Source of the DNA: Iphione sp. A-MEVVRFRX5
Lineage: Eukaryota
Assembly (NCBI GenBank): GCA_976226885.1
Contig: OZ320313.1
Coordinates: 70,432,001 to 70,496,000 of the forward strand
Direction of reading: 5' to 3'
Length of the DNA stretch: 64,000 nt
The position numbers were made by a program, and so were the translations under genes. Under the pieces are notes generated by a model. The model saw only the letters and a program-made list of their open reading frames with translations, was not told the DNA's origin and did not search any database. How positions within the stretch are numbered: the first letter of the stretch is position 1; every line of letters starts with the position of its first letter. Shown here one piece after another: positions 32,225-46,289 of the stretch.

Positions 32225-35200
32225 TCACGACATCTTGGCTCGCTTTCGTGCGATGGCATCCTCCACCGCTTTGAGTTGTTTGAGCAGTTCCTCTCGTCGG
32301 GAAGACGCACTCTTCTTGGCTTTGGGCGCCGGTACTGGAGCCGGCGGGGCGGCTGCTGTGGCGGGGGCCGGCTTGGGCGTACCGGGCTCTGATCTCTTGC
32401 CGGCCGTAGACGGCGACTTGTCATCCAGCTTGGGCTTTGGCGGGGGAAGGCGCGCTTTGTCCGAACGAGTGACGGCAGGGGAACCTTTGGGCACACTTTT
32501 AACATCTGCAAGACCATGGACGATGTGGTGTCAAACAAAATCGTGCAAAAGTACTTACATTGTGGACCTCGTTTCTTTTTTTCGTTCTTTTCTTAAATGA
32601 TCAAATTGTACGTCCACTATATGGCCATCTGTCTACGCCGAAAAAAGTGATATCGGTAAAGATGACCAACTCCGTTATTTTCCATTACTTGCTGAATTAA
32701 AACCCAACTTAAGTGGATGAGAAGGGTGTTCTCCTTTCACGTTTACTTTGTGTTTTGATATGATAGTTTCTGATACATGTAAGGGTATGGGGAACAGGGC
32801 GAATACTGAATGCGTCTACACCTGGCTACAACAGCAAACAGACTGCTGGCTGTCTACAGTGGCGCCACCTGCGTACATATCTCAGGTAGACACCTAGTGT
32901 GTAACAGATAGACTCAAGTTTCTATTTAATTCCGCGATCTATGCGGACTTTTTTTTGTAACACAAAAAAACTGGTTCTCTAGAGTGACGCATCTCAGACT
33001 GACACCTTGTGTACAGAAGCTGTTCTAAAGTTCACAACAATCGACTGCTTTACTCACCCTTAACGGGTCCTCCTTTGGTGGGTGCTGGTCGTTTTGACGG
33101 AGGGGCCCCGCCGGGACTTGTTAGGTCAGGTGCTTGCCGCTTCTTCGCGGGTCCACTTTTGTCAGCCGACTAAAACCAATTCAAATTTAAACGGTGAACA
33201 TTTCTGAAAGTTATTTTCATGTTCACTAAAACGCTGTTGAAATTTTCGAATGGCAGGTGTACTTTCATGTGCTACAGTCATAAAGAAATGATTCCGAAGA
33301 TAAGCTATGCAGTCAATGCAAAATGGGATAAATGTCCCCATCTCTCATGATACTTATCAGAAAATGTACCTTATTGATGAGTGTTAACTTAATGTTTGAC
33401 TTTTGTCCAGACAGCTTCAGCGGATCCTGCTTAATTGACTTCATGACCGTCTGTGGTTGACTAGAGCGAGGCCTATCGTCCACTCGTCCGTCGTTGTTCC
33501 GTCGTTGCACAGGCGGCATACTCGGTGCGACTTCCCCGGAGCGGCCGCTCCGAGCGAGCTCCTCCGGGCGCTTGGAGCGACTCCCCTCCGACCGCCGCTC
33601 ACGCCCGGGTGGGTCCATCCCTGCTCTGCCGTCGGGAGGTCCGCCACGGTCTCGCCCGGTCCGGTCACGTCCGTCGAAGCGGCCGTCGGGCCGGTTTTCC
33701 AGGCGGACGTCGTTACTGCGGCTGTCCATGGCAACCCGTCCCTCCGACCCTCGGCCGTCCATATTTCGGGCTTCTGGCCCCCTACTCTCAGGTCTTGGTG
33801 CGGGGAAGGAAGGTCGTTTTTCCGCAGATGGACTGTCTTTGTGGCCTTTGTCCCGTGCGCTTACCCGCCGACGATCTGAAACAGACAGAACTGTTCATTT
33901 CCATCCGTCCTTCTATAAAACTCTTGGTTAACTAAACGACCACAATATCCATAAAAAAAAACTTCCGAGAGGCTCTGTTAATTATGGTCCCTTTTTTTCT
34001 CCGTTTTGGTTTTAAATAGTGTGCACATATGAAAGGTATTTATCTTTTGAGGTCTCATTTGTTGCTCCTTTATACATGTACGTTAGTAAACGGTCCACAC
34101 GAGGGGTAGTCTCTTTTTGTGGTCACATTCCCTATTTCTTAATAAGTTAGTCGAGAAGATATTCCCCTTAACTAGGTTAGTCTCCCTTTTACTTCTTTAT
34201 TAAGAGAATGTATAGATGTATAACTGTACGCAGAAACATGACTGTATTATTTGTAAAGCATTTTCACGGTGCGATCCTATTCCTCCGGTTGGAAATATGA
34301 CAGCAGTTAACCTTTGTGGTCTGTTGTCCCAAAGCTGGTGATTGTTTATTTAGTTATTTTATTCTGACATACAGGTCCTAAGGTTCCCCTTTCTATATAG
34401 CAGGTGACAAAAGGACGAACATGTAAAATGTCCAACATACGCTGTAATCCCGCCTCCTTTGTAGGTACATTGGCAGGAAAATCTAGTGATAAGGGGCATA
34501 CTGATGAAAAAGGAAAATTGTACCTTGAGGTGGCGCTGGGACAGGCTTGGGCTGTGGTGCTTGTGGAAGCTTGAGATCTTTCTTTGATTTCTTTTTGACT
34601 GTCGACGACTTCCTGAGACCTTGTTATCAAAATGATATGGAGCAAACATTGAATAAAGCCAGATTACAAAGCATCTTCAATATTCGAGTTAAAGAAATAA
34701 TGACTAGATAGCTTGCATCAGATGTATCGCCAATTACAAAAAGATACCTCAACGTTGAACTAACATGGACTTGCTATTATTTGTCTTTCAGATGTGTTAT
34801 AATTGATGTACGAAGATATGAAAAGTGTAGATTAATTACACACCTTGGAAAATTGACAATATGGTTCATCATTTTTCATTTTCCCAAACTATTATCCACA
34901 TTCCTCTGCACATTCATCAACTTCATCTGCATGATTCTTGTTTGATATGGTTCCCCCCACGCGTTAGTGACTGTGTGTGTGTGTGGGGGGGCGGGGGGGT
35001 TGACTGCAGTGGCGCCACTTGTACTGTATCTTAGGTAGACACCTAGAGTCCACCTCTGGTACTAAAGTTAGATTTTTTCTTATAAATCATCTCATCTACC
35101 TTTACTGGGTGAGTGCTGCCCTGCACCCTGGCCAGCAGCGTTGTAACTGGCGGAGGGGCTGCGGGCCACGTTATCACCATGAGCAATGTCCCGGTAGAGG

Positions 35201-38200
35201 TGCTCTGAGTCAGCACTGCCGCTGGAGCTACTTGAGCTAGACGACGTGACGGAGGACCTACTGGACGCACTGGCACTTCGTGACAGCGAGCTGCTGGATG
35301 ACATGCTCCGCGACCGACTCGAACCTGACGAGCTACCGGAAAGAGATGCTCTCCTAGGGCTGCAAAACCATAAATTCTTCAAATCAAGGGACATCACAAA
35401 ATGGGTGCAGTGCACGCTGCATGTGGAGCTCGCTCTCTCTATCTCTCTTGCTGTCTCTGTCTCTCTCCTCTGATGGCCCAGGCAGGGCATGGCTAGACAG
35501 GATGAGTTCGCATCAGAGCCCCCTCCCACCCTGCTCCCCACCTGGCAGCAGGCGGAGAACAGTGAAACAAACTGACCCACCCTCATCCCTCCTGCTCTTC
35601 CCGCCCAGTTGCGCCAGTACTCAGGAAACTTTTGCAAGGGGTCCTCATGCCGACTCAGACTTCAAAGAGAGCAACCACACTAGTGGTGGAGGTCATGTTA
35701 CTGCTCGCACTGACAGCACTACAAGTGGACATGACCTCCACTGAAAATGGATAGCAAGAAGATCAACACCTGTTATGTTTGTTATACGAGCTGATAAAAG
35801 CAACAGAATGAGATTCAGTTCATTTCTTAACGGTGTGCTTAATCCATGACGTTTTAAAAGAAATTAAAACATATACATTTAGTATTCTTCTGGCGATTCG
35901 GTTACTATTTAATGCAACAAATCATCCGATTTTGAAAACTGCAGGCAAGAGATTAGATTAGAAATTTATTCAAATGTCCCCTACCACTCTAGAAAGCTCC
36001 TCTTTCGTGCACCATTTGCTATAGACACATCACTATTAGTTGCGTGAATTATTTTCTCGTCGGATAACTAAATGCACATAAATATTTGAAAACACAAATG
36101 AAAAAGAACTAAAAGAACTAAAACAAGGGACAGCACTAAAGCAGATTACTTACATTCCCCTTGCTGGTGGTTCCCTCTCACGGGGCCGCCCTCTCTCTGC
36201 AGGTGGTAACTTGGGCCTACCAGGCCCACTCGCACCCGGTGGCTTCTTCTCAAGGTTATGTGGCCCTGGCCCCCGAGAGTGTTGTGGTGGCAGTGCCGGC
36301 CCTGGCCCGGGGCGGTCTAGGGGTGGCTGAGGCCCGACCCGATCGGCTAGTGGTCCCCGTTCACCACGGCCAGAGGCTGTCGGGGCAGAGGAGCGGTTAG
36401 GTGATGGTTGGTGCAAGGGGCCTGGGGGGAGCCCGCGAGAGGGACCCCGCACCCCGACCCCTGCAGTGGGTGGCGGAGGACGATTGTCTGGGCCTCTCTC
36501 AGCCGGTCCTCCACGGTGGCCACTCCGCGGCCCTGGCTTGACTGTTACTGTGCTCTTGGGTACCTCGCTGAAAGTATGGCATTTTAAAATTGAAGTTGGT
36601 CCGTGAGCTTCACTTAGCAACTGACATCAAAGAATGGGTTCCGATTTGGGACTTCCCCCATAAAAAATAACGATAAGCATACTTTGATATAAAAAATATG
36701 ATATTCTCGGTTCTACCTTAACAGTTTTCAGTGTCCAGTGAATGTTTACAACAGAAAATGTTACTGTAACGCTATAAAGGTCACGATTAGACATTAACAC
36801 AAATTATCAAGGTAGTTATTGTGAAAAAGAACCGGGTGGCTAACTTCCCGTTTTAATCAGGACAAGGTGACAGTGTCTACGTGGACGTAGATAGCCAGGG
36901 CGAAGAGTACCTCAAAGGACTATTAATTCACTCATTTCTACTTGTTGGCAATCTCAAAATTTTTGTGTAACGTCAACAGTTTAGGTCCTGTACAAAAACC
37001 GGGTGCACAACTCGTCGTAATACTAACTTGTCTCTTACAACGTATACATTTATTTGTAAACAGATCCCTATTACCCGACCAGTGGTTTTGCAAGGGGATT
37101 TCTTCCTATAAGCCAGCATTCTTGGGGACTGAAGTGGACTAAAGGAGTCATGCATCGAGTTACCCACCCAGGTTTCAATGGCGGGCCTGGTCGGAACTCT
37201 CGACTGTTCACAGGTCCTGGCAGTAGGGGTCGTCTGTTTGGCCGCGACCTGGACCTTGAGCGAGATGACGATCTGCAAGTTGGTGGTTAAATGAAAACTC
37301 AGATTCTATAGGCCAATGGCGTGATGACACTTCAGTTATGAATTTTTGTTCGCCCCATTTGTATAACGTCTAAAGCCATGGTAGGATTAGAGAAAAGACT
37401 GGTATATTTGATTCTATACTTGCGTAATTTCTCTCTAAATCCAACTTCATGATTTAAACAATTAACTTCCACATGAAGAATATGGTTATGTTAGCTGAAT
37501 AACATTAATATCGTTTAGGGACAAGACTGTACAACTACATGTATAAAGCCCAGAGGGACTACTCAAGTAAATGTCTGTTTGATGTCTGTTTGAACTGGGT
37601 AGCATGTACCCACGCAAAAGAATAATGCTCAAGTAAGAAGTTCTGGGAAACTCGTTAAATAAGCTTTCTTTCGTTTCTAAGCAGGTTTCTGTTGCCGAGA
37701 ATACCTTAATGAAGATGATGACGAACGGCTTGATCTACTAGATGCGGACGAATATGATGACGACCGAGACCCAGACCGAGAGCGAGACGAATATGAACTG
37801 TAAGGCAACAAAGAACAGTGAACGTTTCTGAACAACTGCAATCAAAATGTTGCTTTGCACTATAGGTAGGTCTTTGCCCAATATATAGGTATCTTGTATC
37901 AAGCCAGTGTACAATCACTGCAATTCCTATCAATGACAACGATTTACACCCCTTTTTTCGCGAAACCATATACAGGCCACTCCCCCCTGGCGGACACGTC
38001 TCGGAGGCGGACGCGTCTCCAATGCAGACGATTTGACACAGAACCGACTGAGTTCCTATAGTAAACCATTATAAGCTAACGTCTTGAATGCGGACGGCAA
38101 AATTTTAGACATGCCCCCCTGCGGACAGTGGATTTTACACCTCTGTATGTTTAAGTGCGAATTTGGGGCTCCAGGGAGGCTTCAGAAGTCAATTTCAAAG

Positions 38201-41200
38201 GTTGTTGTGCAAATTTGGGGTCTCCCAGACCCCCTGACACCCTCAAAGAGTAGGATTTTACACCTCTGTATATGTTTTAGCATGAATTTGGGGTCTCCCA
38301 GACCCCCTGACACCCTCAAAGAGTAGGATTTTACACCTCTGTATGTTTTAGCGCGAATTTGGCGCTCCAGGGAGGCTTCAGAGAGAGGGAGAAAGCAATT
38401 TCATTTTCAAGTTTGACCCCCCCCCCTGTACATGTATACCGATCTCCAATGCGGACGTGTCTCCAACGTGGACGATTTGTAAAAGAACCAAGGGTGTCTG
38501 TATTGGGAAGAGTCTACTGTACAAGGTTTGATGGAAAGATTACAAATAGTTCTCCTTACCTAGATGTATAGGATGAAGAAGAGCTTCCACGAGAACCTCT
38601 GGAGAAGGAGCGGTGCCTCTGTCGGCCACGTGACCTGCTTCGTGACGTTGAACGCCGCCGTTGAGGCGACTTTTTGGCTCTGTCAATGAGAATTACATTC
38701 ACCAAAGTTAAATGCAAACTTATTCCTCATTTGGGAAGGTACATCCACTCATTTATATTCGTGATAGAAATGCCAGTACCAACGGATGCTGCCTGTTGGT
38801 TTCCACTTGAAGTAGCCACAAGATTTATTGGATAAAAGGAAACTGAGCTGTCCAGGTCAACAATCCGACATGTGAAGGTGGGGAAGGGAAGTCATAACCA
38901 AAATGGTTGCAGGTACCTGCTCCAGGGATCGTGCCACTCATCTCCTCGTTTTCTAGAGCTGGGCTCCTCCAGCCGGTCACCCACGCCCTGTCCTCCAGCC
39001 ACTACACCGCTCGCCCCAGCGCCTCGCCCGCCCCCGTGTGAGTATTCAGGGCCGCGGTGATGCTCGCCAGACCCGCCTGCCCCACTTCCCGCAGCCCCTC
39101 GATACTCGAAGCGGTCCAGTCCCTCCGGTCCGCCGGCACCGCCGCCACCCCTGTGGTCCATCCGCTCAAGTAGGCGTTTGCTGCTGGTGCGGTGGCGCCC
39201 GCCCTCCTCTCCTCGATGTTGGCTATCAAAGCCGCGCGGATGCGAGTCAGTCCCGCCGCCGCGATTGCCGTCGACGTCGCGGTTGTGTTCGGCGCCGCGG
39301 TGATCGACCAGGCGGTCGGCAGCGGCCGAGCGCTCGGCGCGGTAGTCGGGGCGGTCCTCGCGGCTGTAGGGCAGAGGCCGGTCGTAGGCGGCAGGGCGGT
39401 CGTACTTGTCGTACTTGTCATACTTGTCATATCGGTCACTGCGCTCTACACGTCGCTTCTCGTACCTAGTGTTGCACAATGATGAATGATGACATAGCAC
39501 TTGAGCAATGAGACTGGTTACAAGCAATAAAGTCTAGCTTTACAAATTTGGACTGAGATAGTATTACCATGCAGGTTATAACTGTGTTGGGGAAATGTAA
39601 GTTTTATTTCTCCAAAAGAAGAAAAAACTATCCGATGAAAATGTTCAACTTAGGTCTTACAGTTTGGTTTATTCAAAACGGGAAAGCATTTTAAAACCAT
39701 TCCAGTGAGTGGGGTAGCATACATTTAGAAACAAAAGGAAGGGAAAAACACTACATTGTATGTACTTTGCATTCCGGGAAATAATTTCTAGAAAGCAACA
39801 TTACCATGAATACAACTATAACAATTGTACTAACAAGTTTCAGGTTGCACATAATGAAAAAAGCAAGACTTCAAATTCTCGCATCTTTTTCTTGTACACA
39901 AGCAGTGATATATCAAGATCACGAAATTACTTATACTGTAGCCCACATATCAATTATCGATTGAAATAAAAAAAGAAAGCACGAAAAAATAGGGCACATA
40001 AAAACCTCAAGGTACACTGCAATCGTGTCATCAATTTTCTATGAAGGCAGAAAAGGGATTTTCTGGTTGCTGTGGAAAGTTCGATAGTAACTTAGCAAAA
40101 ATGCCTATTCGTAGGTGAGAAAAAGCGGTTGTGAACAGTTAATAAAAAAAAAAAGTATCTTTTCAAAGAGGTTTGTCACACCGATGCAGGTCGTAAGACT
40201 GAGCTTACCGCAGCCTCTCTGTCTCTGGGCTCATTCGCCTCTCGACTGGCAGAAAAACCGCCGACGGCTGGTGCACAGTAGTGCTGCGAGCACAGCATAA
40301 TAAGGTGAGTGGGATGAACTTTAACTGCTTTATCAACTGACTATGCGTCGCTTGAATGTAACAGATATGGGGGGAGGGGGTAGGGATGAATTTTTTTACT
40401 CCCCAAACATAGGCCTTTATCACGATTACAAAAAGTACTTGCTACAAGCATGTTGTTCCTTCTTAGCAAGGTTTTAAAGAGAGACGCTAGTTAGGACGTT
40501 TATTCGATCAACCTCCTGATTTTCATTCAGCAGTCTGAATACACGGGAACCACCATCACAAAAAACAAGTGAAAATAATACAGAAGGAAAACCATAAGAT
40601 TCGAAAAAAAGTTGAAGGGGGGACCTTTTTCGCTTGATAAAACTTATTCACCTACCGAATTCTTTCAGACTCTGGGCTCATTCGTCGTTCACGTTGCAAA
40701 CGTTCACGTAACCGTTCTCGCTCCTGTAACACCCAAGAAATAAAATAAGTTTTCATCCATCATAAGAGAAGTGGATCTAGACTTGTTCTCATTACGAGAT
40801 TATCTTCTTTGCTGGTTTGAATAAATACAAGTATGTATTAAAAAGTGAACCTTCCCTTGATCAATCTTTGACTTTCGGAAAGACCTTCGCATCTGCAGTC
40901 TAACATCGCCAACTAACAATGTAACAGTTATCTCACTATGATTTTCATATACCCGCAACTGGATACTACCACATTAAGCATTGTGCTTGTCAAGCATCCC
41001 CGTGAAAACAGGAGAAAAATTGCAAATTGGAATGGAGATGGGTCACCAAATTGTGTGGAGGACATGACTGGTTAGCTTATGTCAACGCTTGTCACTCACG
41101 TAAGGTGGTGTGCGGAGGTGTGGCGGTCGGTAGTCGGGCTCGCGAGTCCAGCGCACTTCAAAGTTCTCGTAGTGTCCACCATGCCAATGATTACTGGATC

Positions 41201-44200
41201 CTGTCGTTACAGTAGTATTCTCCCACGCGCCCTTGTTGTAGTACTCATCATCTTCCTCGTATCTGTATACAAATGGAATTCCCCCAAAACGTTCAGGTGA
41301 AAGAGGTCATGACAAAACAGATTTAAACCAAGCACATGACACAGAAAAAATACATGCATGTATGTTCACGTAAACTGCCGAAAGGATAGAAAGTAGTTTA
41401 CAAATGAGTAATGTTTTATGTACATAATGTAATTACAATACAGTAGAGCCTCACAATTGGGGACACCATTGTTTCTGAGAGAAAGTATCATCATGTAGGG
41501 GATGTCCAAAGTCTCGTAAGGTACCACATACATTGCACAACACAAATATGATACTGTTCCAGACAAAGCTGTCCCAGTTTAAGAGTGTCACCAATCTTGG
41601 TTCTACCCAGTTATGAGGTTCTACTGTACGTTCAGTAGGCTGTTAGACCAAGTTCCCTACTCAATCTAAGGCAATGCAACCTTCATATTCTAGTGCATGA
41701 CATCATTACAACTCTTGTTTGAGGAAAACTGAAAAATAACGCACAAAAAAAAACAAACTTAAACGCAAATAATCAACTACATTTTCCTTATATTTGTAAA
41801 TAAAATCAACCGAAAAACTGTAGGCTCCATTATAGTCTAGAAAAACACAAGAGTTTAAAGGTCTATTTCTATACCGCACACAGAGAAAGGGAATCCTTCA
41901 AAGTTTCCGATCAAGATGATTTCTTATGACTAGAGTCGGTAGTCCTACGGGAATGTGCACCAAACACGGGGATATGCAGTTCCATAAAAACGTTACTTAC
42001 ACGTTATCGTAGTAGGGGTCTTTAACGACTCGTCCCCTGTCATTCTCTTTATTGAAGTCCTTCTCATCTTCCAGATTTAGATTCATTCGTTTCTCCTCAA
42101 AGTTTGTCTCAGTTTCTTTCCTCTTGTTTGCCCGTTTCATTATCTGTACGATACATTTGAACAATGTTGCAGTTACATTTTGAAGATTTGTTCCTCTCTA
42201 CACAAACGCAATGAATTTCGTTTGGTAAATACAATATTTAGTGTTTCCCACATGCAGAAATTTTCCATCAAGCAAAGCATTAGAAATGAAACTTTTCTTC
42301 CAACGTCTTGAGCAATGCCATTATACTGTATACTTGTGACTGTTTACCAACAACACTACTACTTGCAATAAAAACAGGTCTCTTCCTACAGCCAATACAT
42401 ACCTCTTTTGCTTGGCGTAGACCCCGTTCCCAGGCTGTCTCAGTTGGGGGTGAAGCAGGAGGGGGTGGCAGCTCCTCACCAACTGTTCGCTTGAAAAGAT
42501 TACCAATACATGACACTGTACTAACACATCACCATTCTTCATTTCCAAAGATGTATGGCAGTAAATGCTGAAAGGCACCTTAGGCCCCCCAAAAATAGGT
42601 GTGTTTCTGGTAACCCCCCCCCCCCACCTAGTAAAACCTCACCCTACCTAAAATTTTTTTTGCCCCAAAGAGTTTCCAAGGCTGAATTTTCTTAGATATG
42701 TGTTTTCACAGCACATTTTTTTTGTAAATTCAGTAGAAAAACAATAAAATCCATGGAAATTCAACAAAAACTGTAAATTAGTCAAAATTCTTCATACTAT
42801 CTTTAATTTTATAAAAAAAAACAGAGGAAGAAAGTGTAAAATTAAAAAAAAAAGATACCCCCCCCTCCCTAACTAGGTTTTTGGGTGGCCATTACCAGAA
42901 ACACACCTATTTTTTCTTTTGGCCTTAAAAGGTTACATGGAGACAGTACTACCCTGTGCCAGACAAAAGCTTTAGTGATAAAAGACGAGTTGTAACTTTG
43001 CTTTCTATGATTCATGCAATTGCAAAGCACAGCTAAACACTCATACTGATATATGTTTCCTTACGTCTGTATTCAGCCACTGTCCCCCATTCCTTGGTGG
43101 TCCGAGCCGGCTGAAGACCCCTGGGAGACCTGGTCTTTCTGGTCGCTCGATGAGGGAATAGTTGCCTACAGACAGAAAGAATGCATCCAGAGCTATGATA
43201 CAAACTTTACCTGCAGAGCAAAACTACTCAAGTCTACCATTTCACACAGGTCATACATCTTGGTGACAAGTCCTTACTATCACTATCGCGGTATATCTGA
43301 ACCAATGCTTTCCTAGACATTCATCTTTCTGTAACAAGAGTGTGGACCTGTGAAGACTATTGTCTGTCCCCCACCATGAACGCCCCATTTTATGGTTGAT
43401 TGCTTGCATGGCTGGAGTTTGGGGGGGGGGAGGAAGTACATTTCCCTCATTCAGGTTTACAAATCTCTGTTCTGCCTGACTGGCACACAGAGGTTTCAGA
43501 TTGGGGGAAGGGGGGGGGGAATGGTCAGAGTACATTTTGCTCATTCAGGTCTACAATCCTCAGTTTTGTCTGACTGGGCATTTAGAGGTCCCAGATTGTT
43601 ACATGGTGGAACTAACAGAAGGNNNNNNNNNNNNNNNNNNNNNNNNNNNNNNNNNNNNNNNNNNNNNNNNNNNNNNNNNNNNNNNNNNNNNNNNNNNNNN
43701 NNNNNNNNNNNNNNNNNNNNNNNNNNNNNNNNNNNNNNNNNNNNNNNNNNNNNNNNNNNNNNNNNNNNNNNNNNNNNNNNNNNNNNNNNNNNNNNNNNNN
43801 NNNNNNNNNTGCAGGCACATGTCAGTGACCTAGAAACTAGAAATCCCCAAATGAGGTATGTATGCTTGTGGGTGTGTTGGCAAAGGAATACATTGGCATC
43901 ATTTCACCTTTAAAATAATTGAAATACTATCCAAATTACCCAGTACCATGGGTCCATGTACACAAATATCATAGATCAAAATAAGTTCTTTTGAGTGAAG
44001 GGTTTGAGAGTTTAAGACCCCCAAGAGTGTCATAGGTTGGACAGTCAGCCAGCAACATTCCTGAGGCCCCCCTTTCTATGAGGTGGGGGACAATAAAAAT
44101 ATGTTATGCCCACCTACCATTATAAAAATAACAAATAAACATGCAGCTTGAACACAATGTTTTAATTACAAGTTCTCAATATAGTGTTTTTAACTTAAAT

Positions 44201-46289
44201 GTACTAGTCGTATAAATCTGTAAGAAAACAATGTGTCCAAGATGTACTACTGAAGGTTACCTACAAACCTAAGTTCCCAGTTTCATTTTAAGTTTTATAA
44301 CAGAGAATTAAACTGCGAAATCCTCCTACCCTTATCATTGACTCCAGGATGTAAAAAGCGGCAAGAAGTGCCCCAGGTACAGTTGCCCCGGTTGTAGAAT
44401 CGACAGATGGGTCTTGTGAAGGGCTTCTTGGTACCAGGCTCTTTAATCTCGCCTTCCTCACAGTCGTCATCCTTCAATTAAAAACGAAAGAAAAAATGAT
44501 TTTATTACAATGTGTACGTTCAGTACTTTAGGTGAAGCAACACGCGTTCAGTAAATGTGCATATCAATACTTCATTAAGTTTTCATAAACCCGCGCTTCC
44601 CATCCACTTCACAGATATACCTCCACGTTCTACTAGATTTTAGGAGGAAATGTACAGAGCGGACACCCCGCCAGAAAAAAATCCGACCATTTATACTTAC
44701 ATCTTCTACTTCTCCTTCATCTCCCTCTTCATTCTTATGTTCGCCTGCCTCGCCTTCCTCAGACTGAAAGAAAGGACCTTACAATGTGTTACAGGAACGA
44801 GTGATGCACATTAACTTTCTGGAAATCATCTACATGAGCATCTACTTATGAAGAACACTCGTCGGATTCTTCCAGTTTGCAGAACACTGCTTTGAAATAA
44901 GGTATCATACACTTGTATTTTAATCATGTTTGTATCATACACTTATTTTCATATGCCCTCCTGCCGGTAAAGGGAGCTTGTGCTTTTTATCATTAATATT
45001 TCTCTATGCACGGGACTTGGTCCAATGAAGCAATGCGGTAAACAACATTTGGCACTGTTCTACAATCGCTAAATTTCTTGAGTACATGTAATTCAAAAAC
45101 GGATACTTTTCAATGAAAAGCATACTTTCTTCCATGTTTCACATCCTGGTTCTGAAGTAGGTCCTAGTATGTCTTTTGAGAGCTTTTTTTGTTTACGTCA
45201 ATGAAGAAGGGCCAGTCAGTGAGTCACATACCATAAAGAGTTTTTTTTTTTCAATGTCACTCTACAAAATCAAGTCAGGGAATAATATAACGAGGCAAAG
45301 TCCTCTCGGGCTATTGACGCCACCGTGACCACTGATAAACCATTGTTGACATTATACGCTGTACACATCTAAAGGAAGTCGAAGTCCGCATGTGTATTTA
45401 GGGAGTGAGTGCCGCCCAATTTCAGTGTCCTTGTGTTATTTTTTTCCCAGACAGATTCACTCTGGTGAATTCGCAACAAATTACACCGTCAACAGAAAAT
45501 GACAACCTATACAGAGTGCGATGCGGGCATTACCTTTTGGGTCTTTTCACTACTGTCTTGTGCTTTTGAGCCTGTCTCAGTCTCCTCCTCATCCAAACCC
45601 TTCGGCACGTCTGTCTCTGCCGTCTCTTCGTGGATTTCCTCATCGTAGTCTAGCTCACCATGATCATCATGGAGGCTTGATTTGGATGTGTTCAATACGT
45701 CGTCGTCGGCGGCAGACTTGTTTTGGTTGGAAACCTCTCCTTTCGCTAGTCGAGACTTTACGTGAAGAGTGCTTGCCGCATCAGTCTTTTGATGCTGTTC
45801 TGTTGGATGCTCAGTTCTTTCTTCCCCGGCACCAGCACTTTTCCCTGTTGATTTGGTTTCCTTTCTGGCACGTAATGTTTGTCTACCCTTTCGCTCCTCC
45901 TCGGTCTCCTCCAGGTTCAGCGCGTCGTCCTCGTCGCTACTTGCCAACCGGGCAGGCGAGTCGTGCACTGACTGTTCTTCAGGCTCCGGCGAGGCGGGCC
46001 CAGACTCGTCCTGGGTGTCGCCCTGCACACTGGACCCTGACGCCTCGGCTAGGGGTGAACCTGGTCCTGAGTTGGGCGGCTGCGAGGCTGAGTCCCCCTC
46101 GGCATCGGAGGACCTGGTGTTGTCCTCCTCCTCAGTCTCTGCCTGGGCGCCGTCAGCCAGGGGAGAGGCAGGGCCCCGGTCGCTGTCCGCTGTGCCCCCA
46201 TCACGAGATTGTGAAGGGCTCCATACTTGCTCCACAGACTCGTCCGCGTCGGGGCTTGCTGGCGCCGATTCAAGGTCGTCTACTTCCAT
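32225..46289 (-). CDS. ZC3H18: Zinc finger CCCH domain-containing protein 18 orthologue, 18 predicted coding exons
   Basis: Exons in gene order: 46289-45534, 44763-44701, 44471-44330, 43165-43065, 42489-42403, 42143-42001, 41262-41100, 40723-40656, 39465-38917, 38679-38560, 37797-37705, 37272-37164, 36620-36154, 35359-35100, 34619-34524, 33875-33370, 33169-33058, 32505-32225. All have GT-AG boundaries and compatible phases. Motifs recognised from vertebrate ZC3H18: CRFYNRGNCTWGTSCRFLHPGVNDKGNYSLI, PPTETAWERGLRQAKE, DEWHDPW, IKLTLINK, C-terminal SRREELLKQLKAVEDAIARKRAK. Confidence 0.92.
37973..38519. mobile_element. Degenerate TA-flanked MITE in a ZC3H18 intron
   Basis: Loose TIRs CAGGCCACTCCCC..GCGGACAC and GTGTCTGTATTGGGAAGAGTCTACTG; internal GCGGAC repeats. 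Confidence 0.5.
41441..41626. mobile_element. Short TA-flanked MITE in a ZC3H18 intron
   Basis: TA|CAGTAGAGCCTCACAATTGGG ... CCCAGTTATGAGGTTCTACTG|TA. Confidence 0.75.
42580..42928. mobile_element. Non-autonomous TIR element with GGCC termini (Kolobok/piggyBac-like; superfamily uncertain)
   Basis: TTAGGCC..AAAATAGGTGTGTTTCTGGTAA pairs with TTACCAGAAACACACCTATTTT..GGCCTTAA. Confidence 0.55.
43623..43809. other. Assembly gap (N run)
   Basis: Run of N bases inside a ZC3H18 intron. Confidence 1.
44330..44471 (-). CDS. ZC3H18: ZC3H18 exon encoding the CCCH zinc finger
   Basis: EEGEIKEPG...RPICRFYNRGNCTWGTSCRFLHPGVNDK (C-x7-C-x5-C-x3-H). Confidence 0.93.

Noticed and set aside
32860-35050. CTCF-like motifs (CAGTGGCGCCACCTG, two copies; CCACTAGGTGGC at ~7935)
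   Set aside because: Partial matches, two of them inside a shared dispersed repeat; not supportable without binding data.
35360-35744. 5' part of the 35092-35637 ORF as ZC3H18 coding sequence
   Set aside because: Homology and a good acceptor start at 35359; the upstream part is intronic and contains a GA microsatellite and a 12-bp inverted repeat.
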